Assembly (NCBI RefSeq): GCF_000142905.1
Contig: NW_013657638.1
Span: 1 to 64,000, forward strand
DNA from: Thecamonas trahens ATCC 50062
Taxonomy: Eukaryota; Protista; Apusomonadida
DNA length: 64,000 bases
Direction: 5' to 3'
In this document: positions 12,901 through 23,133 of the stretch, piece after piece
Numbering within the stretch: position 1 is the stretch's first letter
How the letters are laid out: each line of letters begins with the position of its first letter
Translations under genes and position numbers: made by a program
Notes under the pieces: generated by a model
The model's database searches: none
The model's input: only the letters and a program-made list of their open reading frames with translations
Told to the model about the DNA's origin: nothing

Positions 12901-13007
12901 GCCGTGGTCGCGGTGGTGGCCGTGGCCGTGGCCGTGGCCGTGGCCGTGGCCGTGGCCGTGGTGGTCGTCGCGGTGGCCGTGGCCGCGGTGGCCGTGGTCG
13001 CCGATAA
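9907..13007 (+). CDS. CEBPZ: CEBPZ/Mak21/Noc1 ribosome biogenesis factor (CBF domain); one frameshift near 10320-10355
   Basis: GTLTDRLAAM, PEQEHVILRLI, KLLGAILTGVNRAYPY, HFHPSVRKFA, DFTLAAFLDRYVYRNPK; acidic region then a long RGG tail. The Ser-rich N-terminus from ATG 9907 is one frame off the 10527 ORF, whose frame reads ...PRWYHLL...KAQELADAD upstream of 10527. Confidence 0.93.
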
Positions 13008-13016
13008 ACGCTCTGC

Positions 13017-14105
13017 CTACATCTCACTCGAGAGCATCGCCACAATCTCGTCGTGATTGCACGCAGCGGCGAGTTCTACGAGCGTGCCGCCTCTCGCAGT
13101 CTTGGCGTCCACCCGCCCGTCTGCTAACAGTGAACGCACAACGCCCGCATGCCCGTTGAGCACAGCCTTGACCAGGCAGTACGAGTCGTCGTCACCTGGA
13201 TTCGATCGCCCGTCCGCAAGCAGCAGCTCCACCACGTCCGCGTGTCCGCCCGACGCCGCCATCCCGAGCGCATAGCTGTAGCGTGCCCCTGGATCAACCT
13301 CGGCTCGCCCAAGCATCCACGCCACCACATGACTCTGCCCCGCCTCGGTCGCCAGCCGGAACGCTTCGCAATCAGAATGCCCCAGGTCAGCCCATCCGCC
13401 ATCCACCAGCAGCTCGACCACAGCGAGGTGGCCCGAGCGCGCGGCAGCGGTCAACCCCGTGTTGTGTCGTGTCGCGTCGGCAACGCCGCGCCCATCCTCG
13501 ACCACTCGCTGCACAACCCTGACATGCCCTCCCATGCACGCGTAGACAAAGTACCGCTCGCGTCCGCGGACCCGATAAGCAATCGGCGGCTGGACGCCCT
13601 CGCTCAGCAAGTCGCTCACCGCGTCCGCGTGTCCATGCCAGCTTGCCATCTCCAGCAGCGACAGCGCTCGTGCGCCTTTGCCCTTTGACACGTACAGCCG
13701 CGGCAGCGGCGTAACGTCAAAGCCAAACGCGTCGTCACTATCACCGTGTCGTGCGCAGGCAGCAGCAAAGACCCGCGGCCACATCCGGCCAATCCGCCCT
13801 CCATCCACCGCAGCCGGAAGCCGCAGCAGCGCAGGTAGCACCTTATCCACTTCCTTGGCAAGCTCGACATCGTCCATTCTTGCGAGCCGCATCTCAGCAG
13901 CATCAATCCATCCAGCCGCCAGACTCTGTGCCATAGGCAGCAGCGCACGGTGCAGCACGAGCGCATGCCCGTTCGACCCGAGCTTGGCCCGCAACGCCCG
14001 ACACGTTGCCTTGAGCGCCGCCACGTCGCGAGCATAGAGCCCGAACAAGTACGCCATCCGCTGGAGAAGCTCGGTGGGAAGCTCGTCGAGCTTTGCTCCT
14101 TCCAT
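13017..14105 (-). CDS. F-box-like N-terminus plus ankyrin repeats
   Basis: N-terminal LDELPTELLQRMAYL...DVAALKATCRALR fits the F-box pattern; about six ankyrin repeats (ASWHGHADAVSDLL, AARSGHLAVVELLV, AASGGHADVVELLL, AVLNGHAGVVRSLL). Confidence 0.85.
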   Translation of the reverse strand: MEGAKLDELPTELLQRMAYLFGLYARDVAALKATCRALRAKLGSNGHALVLHRALLPMAQSLAAGWIDAAEMRLARMDDVELAKEVDKVLPALLRLPAAVDGGRIGRMWPRVFAAACARHGDSDDAFGFDVTPLPRLYVSKGKGARALSLLEMASWHGHADAVSDLLSEGVQPPIAYRVRGRERYFVYACMGGHVRVVQRVVEDGRGVADATRHNTGLTAAARSGHLAVVELLVDGGWADLGHSDCEAFRLATEAGQSHVVAWMLGRAEVDPGARYSYALGMAASGGHADVVELLLADGRSNPGDDDSYCLVKAVLNGHAGVVRSLLADGRVDAKTARGGTLVELAAACNHDEIVAMLSSEM

Positions 14106-14378
14106 AGCGACAGCTGCTGTCGCGTCTGCTACGACTCGCTAACACCTGCGGCCGGCTGAGCGAAGCGAAGCGGCTGACACCTTACTTTGCTATGACCTCC
14201 GATGGCGTCAACACAGTCTGCTCCGACGGAGCGGGATGGGCTGGCAAACATGGTCAAGCCATCGAGCCAGCGGAGCGACCGCTCGGCCGGCAACCGAGAG
14301 TGTTGCTTTGCTTCCATCGTTCTTTATCCAACTATCGCAACTGCAGCAACCTTTGATCCATAGCATAGCCATGGCTTC

Positions 14379-16063
14379 TTACAACCCTCCTCCGCTCGCA
14401 CCTGCAACGCCGGCTTCGACTTCCGCTCCGGGCACGTACTGCGCGTAGAACTTGGCGTAGAGAGTGCCAAACTTGGCCCTTGACGCCTCGATGGCGGCCT
14501 TGCGCGCTTCGATGGTGAGTGGCGCCTTGTTGTACACATTGTCGAGCCAGTAGTGGCAAAAGGCCACCGCACGGGCGGCCCAGGCCTCGTGGTCGGTCTC
14601 GTACGACGGGATCTGGTCCATTCGCGCCATCCGCCGCCGAATCCGGTTTTCAACATCCGTGAGTGTGGCGCGCGAGATGGTGACGGCCTCGCGAACAGCG
14701 CCGCTCGGCGCCCGCGGCTGCAGCGCCTTGAGCGCGCGGAACACCGAGTTGCCGAGCCGCTTGAACTGTTCCCGCGTCGCACGCGCAAGTGTGTAAAAGT
14801 CCGACTTGACCTTGAGCAGGCCAATAACCTCGCCATCGAGCATAAAGTAGACAACCACGCCCTCGGTCGTCGTGTCGGCACGGACCTCGGCCACAATATC
14901 GTCGAGCTCGGCTACCGCCCGCTTCTCGACCTTGACCGCCGGGAACTGATACTTGTCAAAGAGCGCAAAGGTGGTGACCGGGTCGATGGCGGCCGAGCCG
15001 ACGCCGCGGATGGCAAAGCCGTCCAGAAAATCAGCCTCGATCGGGAACAGGTGCTCGTGCGTCGCGTTGTTAAACTCAAACAGCACCACATAGTGGTTGT
15101 CGTGGAGGACACGCCCGAGCTCCTCGAGCGCGTCGAGCTCGTCGCGAACAACTCCCGTCACGTACTCGTGGAACGCGTTGAGGATCTTCCACGACGGAAT
15201 GGTCGGGTCCGTGTTGTTGTACACGGTCCGCGGATCGGTAGCCACCGGACACGCCAGACACACGTTCTTGGACCCGGCGAGCACCCACCACTCGCCGCCA
15301 ATCTCCCGCAATGTGGCCTTGGCGTTCTCGCCGTTGCTCTTGGTAGTCACAAACAGCGTATCGGCCTCGAGATGCGAGCGGCCGCCGGCAAAGAACAGCC
15401 GCTTGCGCTCCGGCGCTTCCGAGACGTCGTCCTCATCAGTGGCAGTGAGGCCGGTGAACTTGTCCAGCCCGCGGATGACCATGACCGCCTCCTCCTCGAT
15501 CACTTGCGGGTCAAGACCCGCCAGCGAGACGTCGTCCGGCAGCCGGGTCGCTGGCGTGTCAAACGCGTCGTACACGGGCGAAGCCCGCAGCGCCTCGCCG
15601 CCAATGACAAAGCGGAAAAGGTAAAGCCCCGTGACTGATACCGTCGCAGATACGCTGACAGCATCGCGGTGTACTCGTCAAACTCGCACGAGTACACCAT
15701 GTCATCGTTAGGGAACTTGTAGCTCTTGGGCAGGCTCGCCCCGGCCTTCTTGGCTCGCTTCTTGAGCATGCTCAGCGCCGCATTCGGCTTCACCGACGTG
15801 TTCACCCACTCGGCGATGTAGTACCGCCCGTCTACGGCGTCCGAGGCAAAGGCCCGTCCGTTGATGTTCGCCTTGACCCATGGGTGGCACATGAGCAGGT
15901 GGAAGACTAGCGAGTCACGGACCGCGACCTCGGCGCTCGTTGTCGGCTTGCCCATGCCCTGGATCACTTCGTCAAGCGCCGCCAGCGTCCTTGGCGAGCC
16001 AGCCTCATCATTGCTCGGCATGCCGACGTCAATTCCGGCAAGATACTCGCGTGCTGCCTCCAT
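14379..16063 (-). CDS. Stand-alone ATP-dependent RNA ligase, Trl1-ligase/T4 Rnl1-like; frameshift at about 15616-15630
   Basis: In order: RG(L/F), IRGLDKFTG, motif I TTKSNGEN, Ia AGSKN, III VVLFEFNNATHEHL, IV EGVVVY, V LLKVKSDFY. ORFs 15500..16144 and 14379..15575 join with one inserted base. Confidence 0.8.
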
Positions 16064-16244
16064 ACTCACTCTCGGGACTGAGCGACGGGTGTGCCGTTGG
16101 TGACGGTGAGTGGGAGAAAGAAAGAAAACGACGCCTTTTAGCACTCTGCCAATCGAAGCACTCGATTGATTCCGCGCACCCGAGTTTGGCGACGTCAGCG
16201 ATTGCGCTCGCTATCGCCTAGTCTGGCCTTGTGTGTCTCTAATC

Positions 16245-17944
16245 TTAGTCGTGCACCGCATGCTCCGAACGGGCAGTCGGCGGCATGGGAATTGGTGGGA
16301 ACTTGCGCCGGATCTCGGGCGTGAGCGCGGCAAGGTCGAGCTTGAGCTTCGAGGCGAGGAACGCACCGATGTCCGAGTTCTGGTGGACGCCGTACATGGC
16401 CTCGGTGCCTGGCCCATAGAGATAGAGGTTGACGTCCTCGCCGGTGTGTCCGTGAGTTGTCCATCCCACGTTGGCGTGGTACGAGATAAACTCAGAGAGC
16501 GCGTAGGTGAGCGGCGTTGTGCCGTTGATCCGGGCGGCCTCGAGTGTGGCGAGCTCGGCGGGCGTCGGCTCGATGCCGTAGTTGACAACAACCGTGTCGA
16601 CGAGCGACATCGACGCGTTGGCCTGCAACTCGTGGGCGAGGTACTCTGCTGAGTGATTCGCTCGCGCGAGCACTTTTGGGTACCACACGTACGGATACGT
16701 GTCGCGGCCGAGGACCGGCTTGGTCCGCGCCAGCGTCAACCCGCCGGTCTCGTGGTCCGAGGTCGAGACCACGACCGTGTTGCCGTGCCCGCGCGCATAC
16801 TCGACCGCCTGGCTGAACGCCTGCTGAAACTGCAGCGTCTCGTACACATGCGCCGCGGCGTCGTTGTTGTGGCCGGCGTGGTCGATGCGCGAGCCCTCGA
16901 TCATGAGGAACATGCCGTGGGTCGCCGCCTTGGGCAGCGCCGACAGTAGCTCGAGCGCCTTGGCCACCATCTCGTCGAGCGACGGTTGGTCCGCCGGCAC
17001 GCGGTCGAGCTCAAACGCCATATGCGACTGCGCAAAGAGGCCTATGAGCGGGAGCGAAGCCGTCGTTGCGCTGCGGAGGCCGGCAACGTCGGTGATGACC
17101 GAGAATCCCGCGTCGCGGGCCTCGGACATGACGTCCTTCTCGTCGGCCCGGCACGAGCCGGCCACAGACTGCGGCTGGAACTCACACCGTCCACCACCAA
17201 ACAGCAGGTCAATCTTCTGCGTGATCTGCTGCTCCGCAATGGTCGGCTCCATCTCGCGGTCGGGCACGTGGGCCGTGAACGCCGCCGGCGTTGCGTGCGT
17301 CACCCGAGATGTGACCACCACACCGGTCGCCATCCCAGCCGCAGCCGCAGCCTCCAGCACCGTCGCGCATGCTTCGGGCGGCTGCGAGTCGGTCACCCCG
17401 ATCGCCCCGTTGTAAGTCTTAAGCGCGCACGAGAAGCACGTCGCCCCGGCCGCAGAGTCCGTCACCAGATTCGACGTCGAGTATGTGATCGATGCCCCGC
17501 GGAGCTGATAATCCAGTGGTTGCAGCTGTGCCTTGTTGGCGAACACCCGCGCCATCGTCTCGCCCGAGGGACCGAACCCGTCAGAGATCATCATGATCAC
17601 GTTCGTCGGCCGGAACGTCTCGGGCGTCTTGTCCGTCTTGAACGCACCGGCACCCGCCGCCACCCCACCGACACCACCGACGCTCCGATGAGCGCCACCA
17701 GAGCCCACAGACACTATCACACCCACATACATACACATGCACGTGGATAACGTCATGTTGTTAGTGCTTGGCGCCGTCCCCCCTCACCCCCTCGCCCCCT
17801 CATTCCCCCTCCCATCCCCCATCGGCCACCCTACCCTACCTTTGCACGGAGACTCAGGTCGGTCCACCGGGTGAGGAGGCCACGACCGCCACGGGGCGAG
17901 CTAGTCTCTCCGTCCACCAGCAGAGTATCTTCCGCAGCAAGCAT
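16245..17944 (-). CDS. Alkaline phosphatase (PhoA/Pho8 family), probable type II membrane protein; exons 17944..17840 and 17713..16245, frameshift at 17663-17666
   Basis: MISDGFG, catalytic VTDSAAGAT, THATPAAF, EGSRIDHAGH, SDHETGG, GHTGEDV. Splicing the intron (GTAGGG...CTAAC...TAG) plus one extra G gives the anchor RAK|CLWALVALIGASVVSVGVAAG. The N-terminal model is less certain than the family call. Confidence 0.92.
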
Positions 17945-18585
17945 TGCTGGCAACCGATCAACCGACGAGTGCGTTGGGTGACCAAGACTTGGCGCTTCAA
18001 TCCCGTGACCTGCGGCGGTGGGGAAGGGCGGCACCGCACAGTGCCTGTGAAAGGATGGGCTCCTGATCCGGATTCGGCTCCCACGTGACATAGGCCCAAG
18101 CCATGCGGCGCGGGGTGTGGTACGATGAGATGGATGGACATGAGAACAGGTTGGAATGGNNNNNNNNNNNNNNNNNNNNNNNNNNNNNNNNNNNNNNNNN
18201 NNNNNNNNNNNNNNNNNNNNNNNNNNNNNNNNNNNNNNNNNNNNNNNNNNNNNNNNNNNGCCACAAAATAAACAAAACGACAACAAAGAGAAAACCATAT
18301 CACTGGATCTCACAAAATTAAACACGAGCCTGGACCAAAACAGCATAAAACGCACAGTACCTCAAAACGGGACCTCTGTGGAAATTGCAGTCTTTGCCGC
18401 CGATCAGCAGTAGAGCCTCGGCCGACTGTGTTGTTGGAGGTCTCACTTCTCCACAAAATTCTTAAATATCCCTCTCCTGCTTAACCAGACGGGGGGGGAG
18501 GGGAGGGGAGGGGGAGGGGGGAGTTGATGGCATGGGCATCCATGGTCCGATCATGGTCTGATGGTGTTCGGTCATCGCCCCTGAC

Positions 18586-19647
18586 ATGACCACCTCCATC
18601 ACCTGCCTGCACCTCACCCTCATCCGCCGCATGCTCCGCTCTGTGACAGGTACGCTCATGGCCCGTGTCGGCGGCATGCAGCTGGTGGCGACCACAGGCG
18701 CTTCGTCGCAGGTGTTGGCTCTCGAGCTTGCGCACGCCGACGACGTGAGCGGGAGCTCGGGTGAGCCGCTGACGGGCGCCATGTCGGCGACCTCGAGCGA
18801 ATGGCCCGAGTGGGAGGTCAGCGAAGATGTGCTGAGCGAGATCGGAGCTATGTGGGTCAATGCCTTGGACAGAGGCCCCGATCCGGTTGGCCTGGGTCGG
18901 GAGCACTGCCAAGTGTGTACTCTCCTGCCACCAGACGTGGTGCTCGATCTCTCGGTCCCGCGGGTGACGGATGCGATCGAGTCGTTTATGGCCGCGCACG
19001 AGGGAGTCCTGCACATGACGCCAGATCTGGACGCGGTCGATGCGGCCGCAGTGCCGCTGCCGGACGAGGTTTTGGTGCTCTCGGGCTCGTTCAATCCGCT
19101 GCACACTGGCCATCGCGCGCTGCTGAATGCGGCACGCGAGGTGTACCTGGCCCGCGACGGCGCGCCCACACAGGTTTGGGCCGGCTACGAGCTCGCGCTG
19201 GTCAATGCCGACAAGGCCCCCATCTCGAGCCGCGCGGTGCTGGAGCGACTGACTCGGTTTGCCGGCCGCACCTCTGTCCTCCTCACCACCGCCCCGCGCT
19301 TTGATCAGAAGGCCGCCCTGCTCGCGCCGTCGCGGGTGACCTTTGTGGTTGGCGTCGACACCGCCGTCCGTATCCTCAATCCCAAGTACTACGGCGGAAG
19401 CCAGGCCGGGCTGCTGGATGCCATGCTCTCGCTCGCCTCGTCGGGCGTCTCCTTTATCGTCGCTGGCCGGGTCGACGACGACTCGGGCGAGTTCATCTCG
19501 GCCGCCACCATCACCGACCCCGTCAGCCATCCTGTTGTGGCCGACCTAGAAGCTGCCGGCCACCCCGAGCTCTTCCTTCCCATTCCGGACGACGTCTTTC
19601 GCGTTGATCTCTCGTCCTCAGCCATTAGAGCTGCGCGTCAGCTGTAG
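18586..19647 (+). CDS. HxGH (cytidylyltransferase/NMNAT-like) nucleotidyltransferase; start uncertain
   Basis: SGSFNPLHTGH, YELALVNADK, FVVGVDTAVRILNPKYY, C-terminal DLSSSAIR. Confidence 0.85.
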   Translation: MTTSITCLHLTLIRRMLRSVTGTLMARVGGMQLVATTGASSQVLALELAHADDVSGSSGEPLTGAMSATSSEWPEWEVSEDVLSEIGAMWVNALDRGPDPVGLGREHCQVCTLLPPDVVLDLSVPRVTDAIESFMAAHEGVLHMTPDLDAVDAAAVPLPDEVLVLSGSFNPLHTGHRALLNAAREVYLARDGAPTQVWAGYELALVNADKAPISSRAVLERLTRFAGRTSVLLTTAPRFDQKAALLAPSRVTFVVGVDTAVRILNPKYYGGSQAGLLDAMLSLASSGVSFIVAGRVDDDSGEFISAATITDPVSHPVVADLEAAGHPELFLPIPDDVFRVDLSSSAIRAARQL

Positions 19648-19766
19648 CAGTCAATTTCATCAAACCATACATCACGCCGCGTGACTCGGCCGCTGGCTTG
19701 TGACGACGTCACGCGGCCGAGCCGACCTTCCACCGCGGCCGGCCACTCGGGTCACTCGTCTACCTC

Positions 19767-20558
19767 ATGAGCACGACACGACTGCTCCACGAGACCGAGG
19801 GCGGTAGCTCTGAGAGCTATGTGTACTACCTCCGTGTGACGGCAAGCACGGGATGTGTGGTGGCTCTGGGCTCGCTGGCGGGCGGCATTCCCAAGGCCGC
19901 CCTCCCTGCGCTGGTGGTCTTCGGCTTTGGCGCTGCTGGCGGATGGTCAAACGAGCCGTCGACGCGATACAACACAACTCGGGCATTTGCTGTCATGGCG
20001 CCGCTGCTCATGGTCTTTCTCGCCATTGCCACCGTCGTCGGCATTGCTGACTTTTCCGATTGTCCGCTCTGCCTCGTCCTCCTCCTCATGGTCGATGCCC
20101 TTCTCGTCGGTGCATGGGTCTTTGCCTGGAAGGTCGCCCATCACGCTGCCGTCCAGATCGATGCCGCTCGGACGGCTGGCCTGTGGGACTCGGACGAGTT
20201 TGCTCTCGATGCTGATGACGATCTGGAGGCCGGCGGTTGGACAGCCGACCTGCCGTCGTCGTCGTCGACGACGCTCGACAACGGCCTCGGTTCACACGCC
20301 GCACGCACGCCGCCTGTCGTCTCTACCCTTGGCAGCGCCAACGCTAATGTTGACGCCGCAGCAGCAACAGCACCTTCCATCCCTCCTGCTACCCGTCCCC
20401 ATCCCTCGCGCCTCCGCCTCCAGTCGCCCTACGCCGCAGACGACACTGCTGCCGATCCAATCCCCAATGATCCCGACAACATCGCCCCTTCTTCCACAAC
20501 CGCTTCAGCCTCCCTCCTCCCCCTCGCCCCGCCGCCGATATCAACCCCTCCCACATAA
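19767..20558 (+). CDS. Uncharacterised protein with about four N-terminal transmembrane segments and a disordered tail
   Basis: ATG-started 263-aa ORF with codon usage like its neighbours and hydrophobic segments such as AFAVMAPLLMVFLAIATVVGI and LCLVLLLMVDALLVGAWVFAW. Confidence 0.6.
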   Translation: MSTTRLLHETEGGSSESYVYYLRVTASTGCVVALGSLAGGIPKAALPALVVFGFGAAGGWSNEPSTRYNTTRAFAVMAPLLMVFLAIATVVGIADFSDCPLCLVLLLMVDALLVGAWVFAWKVAHHAAVQIDAARTAGLWDSDEFALDADDDLEAGGWTADLPSSSSTTLDNGLGSHAARTPPVVSTLGSANANVDAAAATAPSIPPATRPHPSRLRLQSPYAADDTAADPIPNDPDNIAPSSTTASASLLPLAPPPISTPPT

Positions 20559-20696
20559 ACTCTCGGAAGTCAAGCACCGCAAAACTCCGCCTGACCGGCC
20601 TTCCCACCATCAACCACAGCGCAACAGCAAAGCAGTCACGCACCCCTCGACCGCGGCACGCTGCCCTACCCCACACCACTCCCACACCAGCCCCAC

Positions 20697-20775
20697 CACA
20701 CACACACATACACACATACACACACACACACACACACACATACATACATACACACACACATACAAGCATACATAC
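20697..20775. repeat. (CA)n/(CATA)n microsatellite immediately upstream of the COMMD9 ATG
   Basis: cacacacatacacacatacacacac... seen directly. Confidence 0.95.
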
Positions 20776-20776
20776 C

Positions 20777-21471
20777 ATGTCTGCCTCCAAGAAGAAGCCT
20801 GCCCACCCCCTCGACGCCCTCAAGCTGCTCGCCAGTGCCCCCTCCCAAAAGGTACCCCTCCACCCCCCCTCCCTTCCCTGCCCCCTCCCCTCCCCCTGCC
20901 CGCCCCACTCACCCACCTCTTGCTTGGTCACACAGGTTGTTGATGAGCTGTTCACGCAGGCGTATCGGTACCGACAGGACGGCATGCCGCGGACGCTCAA
21001 GGAGAAGATTGCAGGCGCCCTGTCGACGAGCTTGGCGCATGTGGACCTCCTGCACAAGGCTATTGTGGCCCTCATTGTCGAGTCTGTGTACGAGGAGCGT
21101 GCTGCGCAGGATGTGCTCCCGGTCCTGCCTCAGGACATGGAGAAGGATCTCGCTCGTCTTATTGCTGCTATCGTCGGATCGCACGTGGCAAAGTGGACAG
21201 AGCTGGCCAAGGAGGCCACCATCTCGTTGCCGAAGCTCGTCGACGTCGACTGGCGGGTCGACGTCAAGACTGCGTCGGATGCCGCCTTTGCATGGCCGAG
21301 CCGACCGTCATTGTCGAAATGACCGTCCAGGAGGAGGCCAAGCGCGCCGGCGCCATGTTGGGCGTCCACCGCGTCAACTTTGAAATGTCGCGCGAGACCG
21401 TCGCCACCATGCTCGACGGCCTCGGCAAGATCCGCGACCAGCTCGCCTCTATCAAGTCCATGACCGACTGA
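20777..21471 (+). CDS. COMMD9: COMM domain protein 9; exons 20777..20851 and 20936..21471, frameshift at about 21285-21291
   Basis: ISLPKLVDVDWRVDVKTASD..x MAEPT and EMSRETVATMLDGLGKIRDQLASI closely follow COMMD9; in-frame 84-nt intron GTACCC...CAG. Confidence 0.9.
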
Positions 21472-21486
21472 GTCGGCTCTCGGCCT

Positions 21487-23133
21487 CTACTCGCCAGTCT
21501 CGACCTCGTCCACCATCTCGTCGAGGTACACCCCACGCGTCCGCGCGGTCAGAACCTTAAAGTGCGCCGACCGCAGCGCAGCCACCTCGGCGCACGCCAT
21601 CTTGGTGAGGAGCCACTCGCGAAAGTGTGGCGACGTCGAGTCGTACACATCGCTCGGTGCGTCCGGCCACTCGTCCGAGCGGCAGACTCGGCCGAGCCCG
21701 GGTGTGTACTGGCCCGTAAACGCGTGTGCAACATGGATGCGGAACCAGCGGTTCGGCGAAGGCGCGCCTTGCGCTGGTTGCACCGCCACAATGACGTGCG
21801 TGAATCGGCAAACCAGTGTGTCGGCCAAGTACGCGTCCACACCCTCGTCAAGGAAGACCAGGAGCACCACGTCGTTGCCAACGTGCCGCTTGCGGAGCAG
21901 CTGTTGATCAGAGTGCTGGTCGTGCGGCAGCAGCGGCGCGACGTGGAACATGATCTCTTCGCCGCCGCAAAGACGGGCGTAGTACGAGGTCGCTCCGGTG
22001 AGGCACGCTTCCGATGTGTCGAGCCCACCGCGGTAGCCAGAAAAGCCCGCAAGTCCTACCTCGTCGCCCAGCCGCGCCATCAGCGCCGCCAGTCCGCTGC
22101 CGAGCTCGGCGTTGCCCAGCATCTCGCTCTCAGTCGTCTGCCCACCCGCCACTCGCAGGACGCCAAACTTGAACTGGCTCTGCTTCTCACGTACCAGCAG
22201 CCGTCGGTACTCGGTGATAACCCTGTCGGTGACTGCCACGCTGGCCGGCACTCGCTCCGAGCCAGGAAGCAGCTCGAGCTCTGGCACCAGCGCCTCCACG
22301 AACGAGCGGGCCGTCAGCGTCCGCGCTGCCCAGAACGACGATGCGTACCGCCGCAGCCGCCGGGCCACAACCACTCCGCACACGTGCCCACCGCGGTGCG
22401 AGACCATCGCCACCAGCTCGTCATCGCTCCGCGGAACCGCCACTACCACCACCCCGCCGCCGCGGCTGCTCCGCGCCACATAAACGCTTGCCACATGGGC
22501 CGCCGGGAGAATGAGCGACTCCAGCAGCTGGATCGGCTCGGTCGCCCACCACTCTGCGCTCCGGCTCTCGTCGTAGCTCTCGTCCGACCACGCCTCGGCG
22601 AGCCACTCGCCGACCGGCACAACCAGCGTCCCGCCGCTGCACCCCAGCTCGTCGACCGCCATGTGGCGGACAGCAGGCGCGCCGGCGCGGCTGCTTCCCT
22701 CACCCCGCGCGACGTCCACAATCACCTCCATCACCACGCCATCGCCGCGTCCCGCCTCATCGCCGCTCTCGTCGCCGCCCCACCACGACTTTGCCTTCAT
22801 GGCCACCACCGACAGCAGCCCCAGCGCGCCTGTAGCCGCCGCGCCCGCGCCAGCGCCCGCCGACGGACCGGCCACGCCCTCCCCCACCTCCTCAACCGCT
22901 TCGTCGGCCACCTCACCCTCGACTTCCACATCGCCGGCCTCCTCGTCCACCATCAGCCTAGCATCCAGGGCTTCGGCGCCATTCCGGCCGTCCACCACCA
23001 TGTTCGGCCTCGCGTGGTCGACCTCGGCCTCTTGAACAGGAGCCACCCGCCCCGACGCCTGCAAAGCACACATACCCAGAGCCAGACCAATCACCAGCAA
23101 GACAGTAGAGACCACAACAAGGCCTCTCTGCAT
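21487..23133 (-). CDS. Rap/Ran-GAP domain protein with a hydrophobic N-terminus
   Basis: FKFGVL...GQTTESEMLGN, YRGGLDT, EIMFHVAPLLP, RKRHVGND (catalytic Asn intact). Confidence 0.9.
   Translation of the reverse strand: MQRGLVVVSTVLLVIGLALGMCALQASGRVAPVQEAEVDHARPNMVVDGRNGAEALDARLMVDEEAGDVEVEGEVADEAVEEVGEGVAGPSAGAGAGAAATGALGLLSVVAMKAKSWWGGDESGDEAGRGDGVVMEVIVDVARGEGSSRAGAPAVRHMAVDELGCSGGTLVVPVGEWLAEAWSDESYDESRSAEWWATEPIQLLESLILPAAHVASVYVARSSRGGGVVVVAVPRSDDELVAMVSHRGGHVCGVVVARRLRRYASSFWAARTLTARSFVEALVPELELLPGSERVPASVAVTDRVITEYRRLLVREKQSQFKFGVLRVAGGQTTESEMLGNAELGSGLAALMARLGDEVGLAGFSGYRGGLDTSEACLTGATSYYARLCGGEEIMFHVAPLLPHDQHSDQQLLRKRHVGNDVVLLVFLDEGVDAYLADTLVCRFTHVIVAVQPAQGAPSPNRWFRIHVAHAFTGQYTPGLGRVCRSDEWPDAPSDVYDSTSPHFREWLLTKMACAEVAALRSAHFKVLTARTRGVYLDEMVDEVETGE

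Noticed and set aside
15616-15630. Programmed -1 frameshift or tiny intron in the RNA ligase
   Set aside because: No in-frame X XXY YYZ heptamer; the nearby 19-nt GT..AG gives the wrong phase; similar single-base defects occur across the window.
14379-19647. Ligase + phosphatase + nucleotidyltransferase as an RNA-repair 'operon'
   Set aside because: Eukaryotic adjacency is weak evidence. The phosphatase is a membrane-anchored luminal Pho8 type, the NTase is a metabolic HxGH type on the other strand, and a gap separates them.
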